The position numbers and the translations under genes were made by a program. Shown here piece after piece: positions 40,231 to 53,929 of a stretch of DNA of 64,000 bases. How positions within the stretch are numbered: the stretch's first letter is position 1; every line of letters starts with the position of its first letter. Under the pieces are notes generated by a model. That model was given only the letters and a program-made list of their open reading frames with translations. It was not told the DNA's origin and did not search any database. The stretch is from contig OX597821.1 in assembly GCA_951406725.2 (NCBI GenBank), positions 23,994,001 to 24,058,000 of the forward strand. Direction: 5' to 3'. Origin of the DNA: Octopus vulgaris. Taxonomy: Eukaryota.

Positions 40231-40969
40231 CAGACAGACAGGAAGATAGATCTTCGGGCTTGAACTGATAAATAAAGTATGTATAGCAAATGTGACAATG
40301 ATACGCGAATACAGTGTTTTAAACTTCAAGAATTACATATTCGTGCGTGTACGCACACTATTTTACTGGTTCCACCAAAAGTGTTCGTTGCCTTGCGAAT
40401 CATAAAAAATGTTACAGGAAAACTTCAATAAACCTACTGGATATTTTTAGCTGTTTCATTTCAGATACTGAATAAAACGTGATTTGTTTTCGTAATACAA
40501 ATTGTATTGTCATTGGGTACAAGGCATATATTGTCAATTATTAAGCCACTTAGAGAATATTAGTTTAATTAGCTTATTGTTTGTTGTAGTTTTAACAAAA
40601 TGTGACATTTTTCTTGTGAGCTTATTTCCTTTCAACACTTAGGGTTATTTCCGTCCATCCGTCGTCTGCAATTTGTTTGTTTGTCTGTCTGTCTGTCTGT
40701 CTGTCTACAGACAGCGCCGATATTGCCACTACTATAATAATAGTAGCAATAGTAGCATCACATGCGCGCGCACGCACGCATGCATGCATGCATATGGTTC
40801 AAATGACCAGAGAACAAAAGACAGACAGGTGAGGCAACAACAAGCAGGTGTATTAGTTTGACGCTTGGGAAAAATGGGAACGTCTTTAACGTTTCGAGCC
40901 TATGTTCTTCAATGGCAAGGGATGAGAAGGAAAAATGGAGAGAAAGAAGCCTGTCGAGATTAATATTTC

Positions 40970-41548
40970 CACATACATACATACATACATACATACATAC
41001 ATACATACATACATACATACATACATTCATACATACATGTATACATACATACATACATACATACATACATACAAACAACCCTACATACATACATACATAC
41101 ATACATACATACATACATACATACATACATACATACATACACACACACATACACACACACACATACATGCATACATACATACATGCATGCATACATACAT
41201 ACATACATACATACACACACACATACACACACACATACATACATACATACATGCATGCATGTACGCATACATACATACACGCATGCATACATACATACAT
41301 ACATACACACATACATACATACATACATACATACATACATACATACATACATACATGCATGCATGCATGCATACATACATGCATGCATACATACATACAT
41401 ACATACATACATACATACACATACACACACACATACATACATGCATACATACATACATACATACATACATACATACATACATACATACATACATACATAC
41501 ATACATGCATGCATGCATGCATACATACATACATACATACATACATGC

Positions 41549-41579
<31 letters not shown>

Positions 41580-41704
41580 CATACATACATACATACATAC
41601 AAACAACCCTACATACATACATACATACATACATACATACATACATACATACATACATACATACATACATACATACATACATACATACGTACATACATAC
41701 ATAT
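40970..41704. repeat. Compound (TACA)n microsatellite
   Basis: Direct reading. Confidence 0.97.
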
Positions 41705-42337
41705 GTAGGCGCAGTAGAACGAACGGTTCATAAAGTTCGCTCCGCAATCACAAAGTCCAGGCTCGATTCTCCTGCATTGGTAATCTTAAGCAAGTGTATC
41801 TTTTCATAGCCTTGAGTCAATGCATACTTTGTGAGCGAAACTGGATAGCTGGAATCTCGTCGGATGCATTGTACCCGTAATTCAAAATTTACAGTTACTG
41901 TGCCACCCGAGAATTACGTCAATGTTAGACGTTTCAGTGGAATGCTAAGTCACTTGCATGGGCAGGTAGTTCAGATGAATTGGACGACTGATTCCTCATC
42001 GCAGAACGACGTAGATCCCTACTGCATGTATGCACGTATGTATGTATGCATGTATGTATGTGTGTGTGTGTTTGTGCATGTGTGTGCGCGCGCGCGTACG
42101 CGTGTGTATTTAAAAACAATATTTTAAAGTCAGTTTCAAAACTGTCAATTTCTGTTCTCGAACGGTTTTTTTTGCTGAAAACTTTTTCGGCTGAAGAGAA
42201 ATACTTTGAAACGTATACATTTATGTGTGTGTGTGTGTATTTGTGTGTGTGTGTGTGTGTATGCGTTTGTGTGTGTGTATGTGCGTATGTGTGTGTGTGT
42301 GTGTGCATATGTGTATGAGGGATTATATATGCATATC

Positions 42338-42637
42338 ACGTCACGTGACTGACCAGGCCATCAGATGTTGCTACACATCGCTGGTCACAATGCGTTCGCA
42401 TTGTTTTAGCCTTCGAATGACGCCACCCCGCTGGCTAAGCGAGCAGGCCAACAGAAGAAAGAGTGAGAGAAAGTTGTGGTGAACGAGTACAGCAGGGATC
42501 ACCACCCCCTGCCGGAGCCTCGTGGAGCTTTAGGTGTTTTCGCTCAATAAACACTCACAATGCCCGGTCTGGGAATCGAAACCGTGATCCTATGACCGCG
42601 AGTCCGCTGCCCTAACCACTGGGCCATTGCGCCTCCA
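42338..42637 (-). mobile_element. SINE family B
   Basis: Reverse complement of the 6718 copy. Confidence 0.92.
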
Positions 42638-42675
42638 CATGAGTGAATATATATGCATATAAGTATGAGTATCTG

Positions 42676-42731
<56 letters not shown>

Positions 42732-43751
42732 ATGCAGAAGATGAATACGCATATACATAGACCATCCCTATTTTAGCTACAGTTTATGATGTAAAAATAC
42801 ACCTACTAATGTTTACATCTGAGGTGGGGGGGGCTTTATATTAAAAATGAAGTCTGTTTTACCACCTGTTCCAAGTTTGTTTGTTTTTTAATATTTTGTT
42901 GCCAATTTATATATTTTTATAATTTATTACTTCGCATTCATTGCTTTAATTATGCTAACATTAATCTAATTATTGTTTATTTTGCATACAGATAGCATCA
43001 CTCAGGAATTCAGTGTTTCTCGTTGGAGCATGGGGTGGATGTGAGCTTTGAGAAGCGAGGTGGAGGACAGATGTTTAACATTATGGCGGAGATAGAACAA
43101 TTATACTGATAGAAACCCCATTTCGTCTTATTAGGAGAGAGGAGAGAGAGGGGGAGAGAAAGGGAGGGAGGGAGGGAGAGAGACAGATAGAGAAAGAGTA
43201 AGGTAAATAAGTGAAGTTTGAGGACTATTTAAAGTATAAATTTCAGTAATCTATATAATCTAATAATGAGTTTATTGTATACTGAGCTCAGATGCGCTAC
43301 AAAGCCTTCTGTTCGACCGTTTGACATAACTTCATTCATTAAAACTTTATGAAACTTCTTACAACTTTCGTTGTAGTAATGTTTTGCTTTCATTTTGTTT
43401 GAAACTTCGTCGATGTGATTACTTTCATTTTGTGATAGAAAAAGTTACAATGCAGAAAATGCCAGCTTCTAAATCCTGTTTTCTAATTGGGTAAAAATGA
43501 TCAAACTCAAAATCGGATTCAGGTTATATCAATATACCAAATATGAATATTATCTCTTAATTTTAAAATGTCAAAATCTGTGATAGCAACAGAAAAAAAA
43601 AATCCCCCCCTCTCTATCTGTCTTCTCTGTCTTTTACGCTTTCCTCATAGTAAACTTCCCCCTCTATATATGCAACTGCTGCTACTCTTTCTCATTTTTT
43701 CTCTGTATATGTAATGTATACAATAAACTCATTATTAGATTATATATTAGG

Positions 43752-44045
43752 CTAGCAGTATCACCCGGCGTTGCTCGGGTTTGTAAGGGAAATAACCATA
43801 TAAGCATTTTTAGAGAGTTACTTCCCTTATATAAACCGAGCAAAAAATGCGGAAAAATGATGGTAATTTGTTTTTTAAATCGTAGACTCATCGTAGACGT
43901 GCGCTAATACCCAGAAGGGCTCGATATGAATCACGACTATAAGATACCCGCTTTTGGTTAAACTGCACCGCAAAATGTGGGAGTAGTTCGGAATCTAAAT
44001 CGGAGTAGACAGACACACACACAACTTCAGTTTTATATATAAAGA
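43752..44045 (-). mobile_element. Non-autonomous Helitron (short variant)
   Basis: TC start, hairpin plus CTAG end. Lacks an internal segment present in the 2060 and 45268 copies. Confidence 0.88.
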
Positions 44046-44129
44046 TGATATGCGAACGCGAGCCTCTGTCGCACGTTCTCAGGAGACACTCGATCATGCG
44101 CATCAGAACCTCCGTCGTACACACTTAGG

Positions 44130-44382
44130 AGACGATGTCCCATTTCAGTTCCAACGACTTCGGTTTCTAGTTAGTCTTACTTTTGCCATGACCATCAACA
44201 AATCGCAAAGACAAACATTTTCGGTTGCCGGTTTACATCTTGAAGAGCTCTACTTCACCCATGGTCAGCTTTACGTCGTATGTTCAAGACTAGGAAGTGA
44301 GAAAAATCTTCACATCTACGCACCAACAGGAAAAAACAAAAAAAACTTCGTTTATCGAGACGTTATACCTTGCTCCAAATAA
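44130..44382 (+). pseudogene. Helitron helicase C-terminal fragment
   Basis: PFQFQRLRF..FAMTINKSQRQT..AGL.L....FTHGQLYVVCSR. Confidence 0.9.
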
Positions 44383-44584
44383 TTCAGAAATCCGTCCTGG
44401 TCAAGAGGCCTATCCGTCGGGGACGACATGGTCTGATCGGTTACGTAACTAACTGGGGACCAAGGAGAGCTAGGGGAGCAACCGCTTGCCCCGAGCATAT
44501 TTTTCAAACAACTTTTTTTTTTTTTAAACTCTTTAGGTTACTTGTGCGATAAAAGAAGAATCTCTTTTGTTTATTTATTTATTT

Positions 44585-44963
44585 GGAGGCGCAATGGCCC
44601 AGTGGTTAGGGCAGCGGACTCACGGTCGTAGGATCGCGGTTTCGATTCCCAGACCGGGCGTTGTGAGTGTTTTTTGAGCGAAAACACCTAAAGGTCCACG
44701 AGGCTCCGACAGGGATGGTGGTGATCCCTGCTGTACTCTTTCACCACAACTTTCTCTCACTCTTACTTCCTGTTTCTGTTGTACCTGTATTTCAAAGGGC
44801 CGGCCTTGTCACTCTCTGTCACACTGAATATCCCCGAGAACTACGTTAAGGGTACACGTGTCTGTGGAGTGCTCAGCCACTTACACGTTAATTTCACGAG
44901 CAGGCTGTTCCGTTGATCGGATCAACCGGAACCCTCGTCGTCGTAACCGACGGAGTGCTTCCA
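44585..44963 (+). mobile_element. SINE family B (long 3' variant)
   Basis: Family match. Confidence 0.92.
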
Positions 44964-45267
44964 TATTTATTTATTTGTTAATCGCTTGGCCTTGAAAGGA
45001 CTTTCTAGAGTTATTACTTTATTTGACCAAACTTCCTGTGTTTTTTTAACTGTCTATTCAGTCTCCTGTAATGTGTTGGCTGCCGCTGGCATCTGAAGAA
45101 CCAAAGCAAACTCTGGTGCCATAACCTCTCCACGGGATGAAACTCCATGGGATCGTGGAGTTTCATCTTTTACACGTCACGCCTATATCAGTAGTTGTAA
45201 GTTACATACATAATGACATTGCTACCGAAGCATGAAATAAATGAATGAAGAATACAATTACGTATAA

Positions 45268-45660
45268 CTAGCAGTATCGCCCGGCGTTGCTCGGGTTTGT
45301 AAGGGAAATAACTATATAAGCATTTTTAGAGATGTAAAGTATAATAGCCATCTCAATATGGCTAACCACAAAGGGGGTGTTACTGTAGCTTTTTACGTTC
45401 TGAGATTTAATAACTTTTTAGAGAGTTACTTCCCTTATATATGCCAAAAATGCATTAAAAATGGGAAAAATTGAAGGTAAATTTTTTTTTTTTAATCGTA
45501 GACTCATCGTAGACGCGCGCTAATACCCAGAAGGGCTCGATATGAATCACGACTATAAGATACCCGGTTTTGGTTAAACTGCACCGCAAAATGTGGGAGT
45601 AGTTAGGAATTTAAATCGTAGGAGACAGACAGCACACAACCTCACTTTTATATATAAAGA
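45268..45660 (-). mobile_element. Non-autonomous Helitron
   Basis: A|TC...hairpin-CTAG|T. Near-identical to 2060-2437. Confidence 0.92.
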
Positions 45661-45879
45661 TATAACTAATTAAACACTTCGGGTAATAGAAGAGAAATGA
45701 GTTTAAAATAGTTTGGTGTATGACACAGCGCCATTTTTTAGAATCTAGTTACGCTACTGAGTTTGACATGGAATAAAAAAAATATTGAAATAGAAACATT
45801 CTACTGTGAAAATTGCCCGGCAACAGCGGACCAAAGTTTGCAAACTTTAAAAGCTATTAACTTTTCATTTATCAATTTA

Positions 45880-46700
45880 CTAACAATACATCCCGGCGTT
45901 GCCCGGGTGTTATGACTTACAGCCATACTGTATTATTTGTTCCTTTCTTATGGGCAGAATCAATACAGTTAATATATAGTGAACTGGATTACGGGCGTAA
46001 AAGTGAAATGGGGAGGGTACAGTTTGCATGGGTTTGCATGAAAGTCTTTTCTGTTCTTAAGAAGGATCACAAACTATGTATTGTTTCATCGTATAAAAGG
46101 GGGTTAATATGATTTTGGCCAGAAATTATGTTATCAAAATTCTAGTTTTCCCCCCGTCCCCACCACAATTTCTTAATTTGTAACTTTTTACGAAATTTTT
46201 TTTTTTATCCATGTAGAAAAAGACAAAGATTACGAATCTGTGAAATATATATATATATATATTTAAGTTTAATTTTCCTTAAAGAAACACCCTTTGCCCC
46301 TTCCCCCCACTTCGCGCACCCATCACCTACCCGCTTTCAAATGAAGAAATTGGGATGGGGAGGGGAAAAATTAAAATATTGAGAACATATTTTTGTGGCG
46401 ATATCCTAATTTTCTGTATTGAAAACATAGGAATCGGAAGAAATTTTGGAAAAACATCAGAGGTGGGGCACAAATGTCACCTCAGACATGTTAGAAGCAA
46501 CAGGTAAAGGACAGGGTTTCTGGGAGAACTTTCTTTTAAATTTATATCGAGGATCAGGTTTTTAAATGCACTCATCACAAACCCATCACAATTCGTCTTG
46601 GCCTAACGACCCTAAATGTCTGTCTTCATTGATTGCTTATTACCGTACATCCACCCTGTCGTTTGTTCGTTCGAAGCCCTAACCCTCCACAAATATTTTT
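45880..46700 (-). mobile_element. Older Helitron-like element (3' end clear, 5' limit uncertain)
   Basis: CCCGGGCAACGCCGGGA hairpin followed by TTAG|T on the minus strand. Confidence 0.5.
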
Positions 46701-46707
46701 TAAATTT

Positions 46708-46779
<72 letters not shown>

Positions 46780-47110
46780 GTAAAGACCCTCCTTTGGTCA
46801 TGAAAGGCCATGAGATTGCACCTAGAAAGTTACCCTCCGTGGCACAAGTCCGGGCAAGGTTGTTTATGGAAGACCAGCAATCGCCCATGCATACCCGCCT
46901 CCCATCTCTACGCCACTGATGTTATCCAAGGGAAAGGCAAAGACCGATACAGCTTGGTACCAGAGACGTTGCAACTCATTTCTACAGCTGAGTTAACTGG
47001 AGCAATGTGAAATAAAGCGTCTCGCACATCACACAGCCCGGTCCAGGAATCGAACTCACTACCTTATGAAATGAGCGTCCTACGCTCTAACCACTGAGAC
47101 ATGAGCCTTC
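46780..47110 (-). mobile_element. tRNA-derived SINE, family D
   Basis: Minus-strand head TGTCTCAGTGGTTAGAGCG..GAGTTCGATTCC. Confidence 0.85.
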
Positions 47111-47142
47111 ATATATATAAATACACACACACACACACACAT

Positions 47143-47212
<70 letters not shown>

Positions 47213-47253
47213 GAAAGAATGGAGTTGAACGACGAATTAACAAAATTCCTTTA

Positions 47254-47336
47254 TTTTCGACATATGTTTCGAAGGCTGCATATTCCTAATTTCGAAGGAA
47301 TAAGGGGTGCATTATGCCGCCTTCTCATAAGGAAAA
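47254..47336 (-). ncRNA. Type I hammerhead with extended stem II, G5-to-U mutant
   Basis: TTTTC-CTTATGA-GAAGGC[..TATTCCT..AGGAATA..]GCCTTC-GAAA-CATATG-TC-GAAAA. Confidence 0.72.
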
Positions 47337-47406
47337 ACAAGGAACTTATGTCAGCATCAAGATGCACAAAAACTTTTAGATGACTGCCCACACGGAGCCC
47401 ATAATA

Positions 47407-47460
<54 letters not shown>

Positions 47461-48084
47461 CGTGATCACCGTGACCGACCAGGCTATCAGATGTTGCTAC
47501 ACATCGCTTGGCATTGTTTTAGCCTTCAAATGACGCCATCCCGCTAGCTTAGCGAGCAGGCCATATATGTGTGTGCGTGTATGGCCTGCTCGCTAAGCCA
47601 GGGGCTTCTTTCAGTTTCCGTTACTTGTATATATTTTTCTATACCTCAATGATAGTAATTTTTGAATGGTTTTTAAAGTTGAATAAATAAATAGTCCGCG
47701 ATGTGTAATTTATTTTAAAAAATAAATAAATAACTTAAAGAAAAAGGTTTTCGCAGATTATCCAAGACCAAATGGAATTGTTGTCGCTAATGTGCCTCAA
47801 ACAGACATTTGGAAGCGGGATGTCTTTTTTGTTTTGTTTTTTACGCTGAACTTATGCAATGCATTTCTGGGCGAGCCGTTTAGAAAAGTTATAAGCGAAC
47901 AACTATTTGGGAGCGGTAAATCTCTTTGTACGTGGAACATGCTTAAATGAATGGTTTCAGCCAACCTAGCTGCTGTTTTTTTGGCGGGGGGGGGGGGGGT
48001 CAGATGTGCAGTACGTGAGCTGCCAAGTATAAAAAGCATATGATTGGTGGGGCTCCAACCAGTCGGTTAACTTAAAGTGCCATA

Positions 48085-48312
48085 AAGTGCTAGGTATGGG
48101 TTTTCGAAATACAGGTACAGCAGAAAGAGAAAGAAAGAGTGAGAGAAAGTTGTGGTGAAAGCGTACAGCAGGGTTCGCCACCACCCCCTGCCGGTGCCTC
48201 GTGGAACTTTAGGTGTTTTCGCTTAATAAGCACAACGCCCGGTCTGGGAATCGAAACCGCGATCCTACAACCGCGAGTCCGCTGCCCTAACCACCGGGCC
48301 ATTGCGCTTCCA
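48085..48312 (-). mobile_element. SINE family B (diverged)
   Basis: Family head and body. Confidence 0.85.
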
Positions 48313-48320
48313 TGTTATGT

Positions 48321-48869
48321 CAGGTCACTTTCGAGTGCTACTGGTAACATGTAACCCAGTACAACCTGTTTGCATGGTCGGGTCGTCGGCGACTAAACCG
48401 GCAACCCCACCAAGCTTGCTTGGTGAGGAGGGTGTTTATTGGACACCTTGCGGGATGAAAAACAAAACCTGTCAAAGGGCGGAGGAACTCTTGAGAGTCA
48501 ACGGCCATCCAATAAATGTCTTAAGGCTGTATCATGCGCGGGGACATAGAAATAATAGGACTGAATACCCGATCGTGCGGTTAAACCATTGGGAGTGAAG
48601 GACTCCTAGCCTTTGTTAGGGCATCCTTTTAGAAGAAGGTAACTCAGGTAACTAGGATAACTCCGACATAAAACCTGCGGCTCAGTGGTTACCGATAATG
48701 TTGACTTGTTCTTCTTTTCGGATTATGGCTGCTGTTGCTTAGTGAGTGGGATTGACTCAGTGCACAGCCTTTCCTCACTTAAAAAAATCTTCTTGAATAG
48801 ACATTGCACGATAACAACATTGATTAAACTTCGCGCAATGGCCATACCCGATAACGAGGGGGCAGCCAC
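48321..48869 (+). mobile_element. Non-coding RTE-type 5'UTR element with candidate HDV-like ribozyme
   Basis: GGGCATCCTTTTAGAAGAAGGTAACTC resembles RTE 5' UTR motifs from memory. Imperfect CATGT(T)ATGT flanking duplication. Confidence 0.5.
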
Positions 48870-49099
48870 CATGTATGTATGTATATGTGTATGTATGTAT
48901 GTATGTATGTATGTATGTATGTATGTATGTATGTATGTATTTATGTATGTATGTATTTATGCATGTATATGTATGTATGTATTTATGTATGTATATGTAT
49001 GTATGTATGTATGTATGTATATATATATATACATATATGTATATATATGTATGCACACACACACACACACACACATACACACATATATATATATATATA

Positions 49100-49779
49100 A
49101 TACAGTGTACATTTAAACACATTAAGAGGTTTCCATCATAGGACTCCCTTATGGTAGAAGGAACAGCTGAAGTCCAAACCATTAGTTAGGGATAAATTCT
49201 TGAAGAGAATGAAAAATAAAAACATTTACCATCTATATCCTGGACCATAGTTTCTGACTTATTTTAGCAAATAAAATAATTTGCTAGGCGAAGTCTTCGT
49301 CAACAAGTACGCCAAGTTTTAAACAAATAAACACGAAGCCACTTCAGCATGTGCCTCTTCTTATACATTTTAATTTTTTCAAATCTACCGTGCAAGCGCA
49401 GTCCTTTGTCGGCAGCGAAAAAATGCCGGCAATTTCTCCGAACGAATCTTCCAGAAATCATTATACATAATTAATATCAGGATAATATAGATTTTAGAAA
49501 TTTTTACTACCAGTGGCCTAGCGTATAGAAAAATTAGTCAATAGACTAAGTATTATTCATTTAAAATACAGTGTATATTTAAACATATTAAGAGGTTTCC
49601 ATCATAGGACTCCCTTACGCTAGAAGGAACAGCTAATGTCCAAACCACTAATTAGGGATAAATTCTCGAAGGGAAAGAAAAAGAAAAACATTTACCATCT
49701 ATTTTCTGGACCATGGTTTCTGACTTATAGCAAATAAAATAATTTGCTATGCGAAGTCTTCGTCAACAGGTACACCAAA
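49100..49779. repeat. ~215-bp direct repeats (pseudo-LTR-like)
   Basis: 49100-49315 is repeated at 49565-49779. Confidence 0.88.
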
Positions 49780-49789
49780 ATTTGCAAAA

Positions 49790-50488
49790 GTAACAGTCAT
49801 TAAAATGGTCTTTCAGCTCCCTCCATATCATTAGAATGGCAAAAGGCATGGACTTCTACTGATTGACCCAGTCACGTAAGCCATTTGAACAAGCTGAGCA
49901 GATAAAATGTGGTGCCCATAACTTGTCCTGATCTCCAAGAGGACAGTCAAAGTATAGCTTATAAATCTTCTTGATCTCTGGTGTTCTTGTATGTTTTTGA
50001 GCTTTCACAGTAAATTGTCCACAGACATAACAAAACACGTCTGGACGATTTCTACACTATCATGACATTCTTAACACTGCAAAACAAGTAAAGAAATAGA
50101 TACAAACGGTTATACTTATATTGAATTTGAGATGATGAACTATTTCACCAGACCAATTATGACTGGACAATTTGAGATGTTGAAATACCTATTTCATCAG
50201 ACAAAACCTGACAGGTTAATTTAAAATGATGAAATATTGCACCTGAACTATGCAGCAATGAATAAAGTAGTTTATTTTAAAGGTATGTTTTCCATGATGT
50301 AAAGGAAATACATGCACACATGTCATTAATTGGAATTTCTATATAATGCACGAGCTAAAACACAAAATCTTTTTCATCTTGAAAACTGTACGTGATGTCA
50401 AAAAACTAGTGGTATATTTGAAACAGCATTAAAAACTACACTAAGTACACCTTGACATATGCTTGATGAAAATTACATGTTGACCAGT
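49790..50488 (-). mobile_element. Chapaev3-like (CMC) DNA transposon 5' fragment
   Basis: PDVFCYVCG..YKLYF..LGDQDK.WAPHFICSAC zinc-finger N-terminus, (C)ACTGGTCAAC-type terminus. Family assignment is from memory. Confidence 0.7.
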
Positions 50489-51721
50489 ATTATTCGATTT
50501 GACTATATATATAAATATAATACAAAATGGGACAAGAATGCAAAACATCCGGACAACTAAGTGATACAAAAAGGGACAACAAAACATCCAGATAGACGAT
50601 ACAAAAAAACAAGGACGGGTCATTCGAAGCTTTCTATCCTCAGTCAAGAACCGGATCATCCTCGCAATTTCGGTTGATTAATCTTGAGATTGCTCCAATC
50701 TGGCCAGCCCCAAGGAAAAACTAAGCTAAGCGCATTAGATTCCTTGGAAGAAAGCATCGAATGTATACGAAAACAAGGACGGAAAAACAGACGATGTTAC
50801 ACAAATATAAATACAAAATACAATAAAAAATAAAAATAGTAACAGGGCATAACAACAGGTGTCTTTCGACTGGGGACGAATTGGATTCAGCAAACGTGTG
50901 TGGAAATGAAGCCTTACGGCAGAGATACAAAACTTTCACAAACACCAGGAAGAATATCGATGTTACACTGACCACGGTCAGATGCAAAAAGAGGGCTAGC
51001 AGTCTGGCCTATCAGTCACGTGGGAAGAGAAGAGAGAATCCTCTAATGTTCCCACAAACGCTTACTGCCAAGCCCCCTCGTACACACTGACAGATCTCCT
51101 TGTAACTGTCCAGCTATTACAATTGTCTTTATCTCCCTTTCTCATGCTTTTCTCAGCTGTTGCCTTCATTACTTTGATTTCTCTTTAATCAACCTGCCCT
51201 TCTCACTATGCCCTTCCATCTAATCCTTTCAACACGGTCTCTTTATTCTCATTAACTTTTTTATACTTTAAACATTGCTAAGAAGTACACCTTTTGCCAG
51301 CTTTGGGTGAGGGTGAACTAGCTTTGCCTAACAGACCCATAGGGACAGTTGTTATTTTATACACCTGCACACCCTGGATCTTTATTATGCATGAACATAG
51401 TTACGGCATAGGCATTGATGCTCCCGAAACAGCTGTTACGATAAGACAAGAGCATAATTCCTTTCGTTTACTTTATTTCTACTTACCGTTCTCTATATTT
51501 TGTATTCAATGTAAATATATGCATTAAATCTGCTCGTGTTTATCTATTGTTATACCAGCTCGACGAGGATCATCCTTATAGCTAATTTCTGATGCCGGGG
51601 GCACCGGGTTTGGTTGAAAGAGTTGGATGTTAAGTTCTCATCTGTCTGTGCACCGCTCTGTGGATATTCATACTTCACACTCTACTACACTGTATATGTG
51701 CGTGTGTGCGTGCGTGCGTGC

Positions 51722-51790
<69 letters not shown>

Positions 51791-52144
51791 CGTATGTCCA
51801 GTACAAAACGATGGCTACGACATATCAAGAGATAATCGCCTACATTTTGCCTAATAGTTGGCACATGCATAAAGGGTGTTGAGAGTAATGGAAAATTCCA
51901 TGCAGTTTCGCGCCAAATGATGGTTATAAATTGATATGCGCAAGAAATAAAAGCAAGAGATGATGGAGAGCACTGACAAAAGACGGCAGAGATTTTCTTG
52001 ATCAGGTAGGATTCATGCCACCCTGACCTCGTATTAAAAGACCACCTCACCAAGCATGAAGACTTACATTTTCCTCTCGCCAAGCATATATTCTCACACA
52101 CTAGCTCGTGGCATTTAGCAATTCAGCCTTCCGCAAGTAGCCAA

Positions 52145-52378
52145 GGCGGCGAGCTGGCAGAAACGTTAGCACGCCGGGCGAAATGCTTATCCGTATTTCG
52201 TCTGCCGCTACGTTCTGAGTTCAAATTCCGCCGAGGTCGACTTTGCCTTGCATTCTTTCGGGGTCGATTGAATAAGTACCAGTTACGCACTGGGGTCGAT
52301 ATAATCGACATAATCCGTTTGTCTGTCCTTGTTTGTCCCCTCTGTGTGTAGCCCCTTGTGGGGCAATAAAGAAATAAG
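52145..52378 (+). mobile_element. SINE family C
   Basis: Family match. Confidence 0.92.
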
Positions 52379-53403
52379 TAGCCTTTGTGACGTCAATATG
52401 GAAATAAGGAAACGAGATGCAGCCTGAAGAAATTTCCAGCTGCTACATAACCAAGCCGCAATCATAAGAAAAGAGACTACATTTTGTAAGTGTTTCGAGG
52501 ATCGAGAGCTCGATAAAAGTTTTCATCCGTGGAGATTGACTTTAATTTAAATGTAATTAAAGTGGAAAGCACTTGGACCTACCCCAAGCGAGGAAATAAA
52601 CAGTGCTGTGGTGCAATGTTTCGTTCGTTTTGCTTTTTAGACATTATGGTGTAGTTTAAGGAAGCTTTGGTTACTATTTCTAGCAAGTAAAGAGACCACA
52701 TAGAGGTTTCGTGTGTACTGATCTCTATGGCAATGGAAATCAGCACATGATATGCTGGCTATGGAAGTTTTTGATTGGCTAAAATTACATAACATCTTTA
52801 TTATTAAATTTTAGAACAAGAATGAATGTGATTTTCGTCATCAGCATGCAAATGTACATCCGAACTACATTTTTTTGAAAATAATATTGAAATTTTGAAA
52901 AACTTCAAGTGGTTGGAAGAAATTTACGGAATCCACGCACCCGCATTGCTCCATACACTTACACAAATATTGTCCACACATGCCTACACATACACTTATA
53001 CAACAACATATGCGCAGTTTATTTGCGTATGTCCCCGCCGCATACACACACATTCACTACATTCAAACACTACTTCATAAACATCGTGCACAGATACGCA
53101 CACAACACTTCTTGAACCAACTTTTACCACCGCCGTCCACACACACACATGTCTTTACTGATACTCATCCTTCCTCCTTTTTGGCCAATCTGCACTCTGG
53201 ATGACCTCTTCCCTTCAAAAGAAAAAAAAAGATACAAATTCAAAAACGTTTAAAAATAAACCACTCAGCATTTCCTCTGATTTCCGCTTCTAACGTAGCG
53301 TTCAGTCACACGACTACATTATGCTATTTTCTGTTTTATACAGCTTTCATTTCCTACCCACACTAAAAAATAAACATTCTTTTTTTTTTTTTTGTCAAGT
53401 ATA

Positions 53404-53800
53404 GGCGCAGGAGTGGCTGTGTGGTAAGTAGCTTGCTAACCAACCACATGGTTTCGGGTTCAGTCCCACTGTGTGGCATCTTGGGCAACTGTCTTCTGCT
53501 ATAGCCCCGGGCCGACCAATGCCTTGTGAGTGGATTTGGTAGACGGAAACTGAAAGAAGCCTGTCGTATATATGTATGTGTGTGTGTGTTTGTGTGTCTG
53601 TGTTTGTCCCCCTAGCATTGCTTGACAACCGATGCTGGTGTGTTTACGTCACCGTCACTTAGCGGTTCGGCAAAAGAGACCGATAGAATAAGTACTGGGC
53701 TTACAAAGAATAAGTCCCGGGGTCGATTTGCTCGACTAAAGGCGGTGCTCCAGCATGGCCGCAGTCAAATGACTGAAACAAGTAAAAGAAAAGAAAGAAA
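53404..53800 (+). mobile_element. SINE family A
   Basis: Family match. Confidence 0.95.
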
Positions 53801-53837
53801 AGTATATCTGCGATTTTGAATGCTCATTACATTTGGA

Positions 53838-53877
<40 letters not shown>

Positions 53878-53929
53878 CACATACACAAAACAACGTAATT
53901 GAAATGTTGTTGGCATCCTTTTTGTCTCG

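Noticed and set aside
39373-41809. Long ORFs of 200-329 aa (YIHT/MYVC repeats)
   Set aside because: Stop-free translations of TACA/TGCA microsatellites; no real coding signal.
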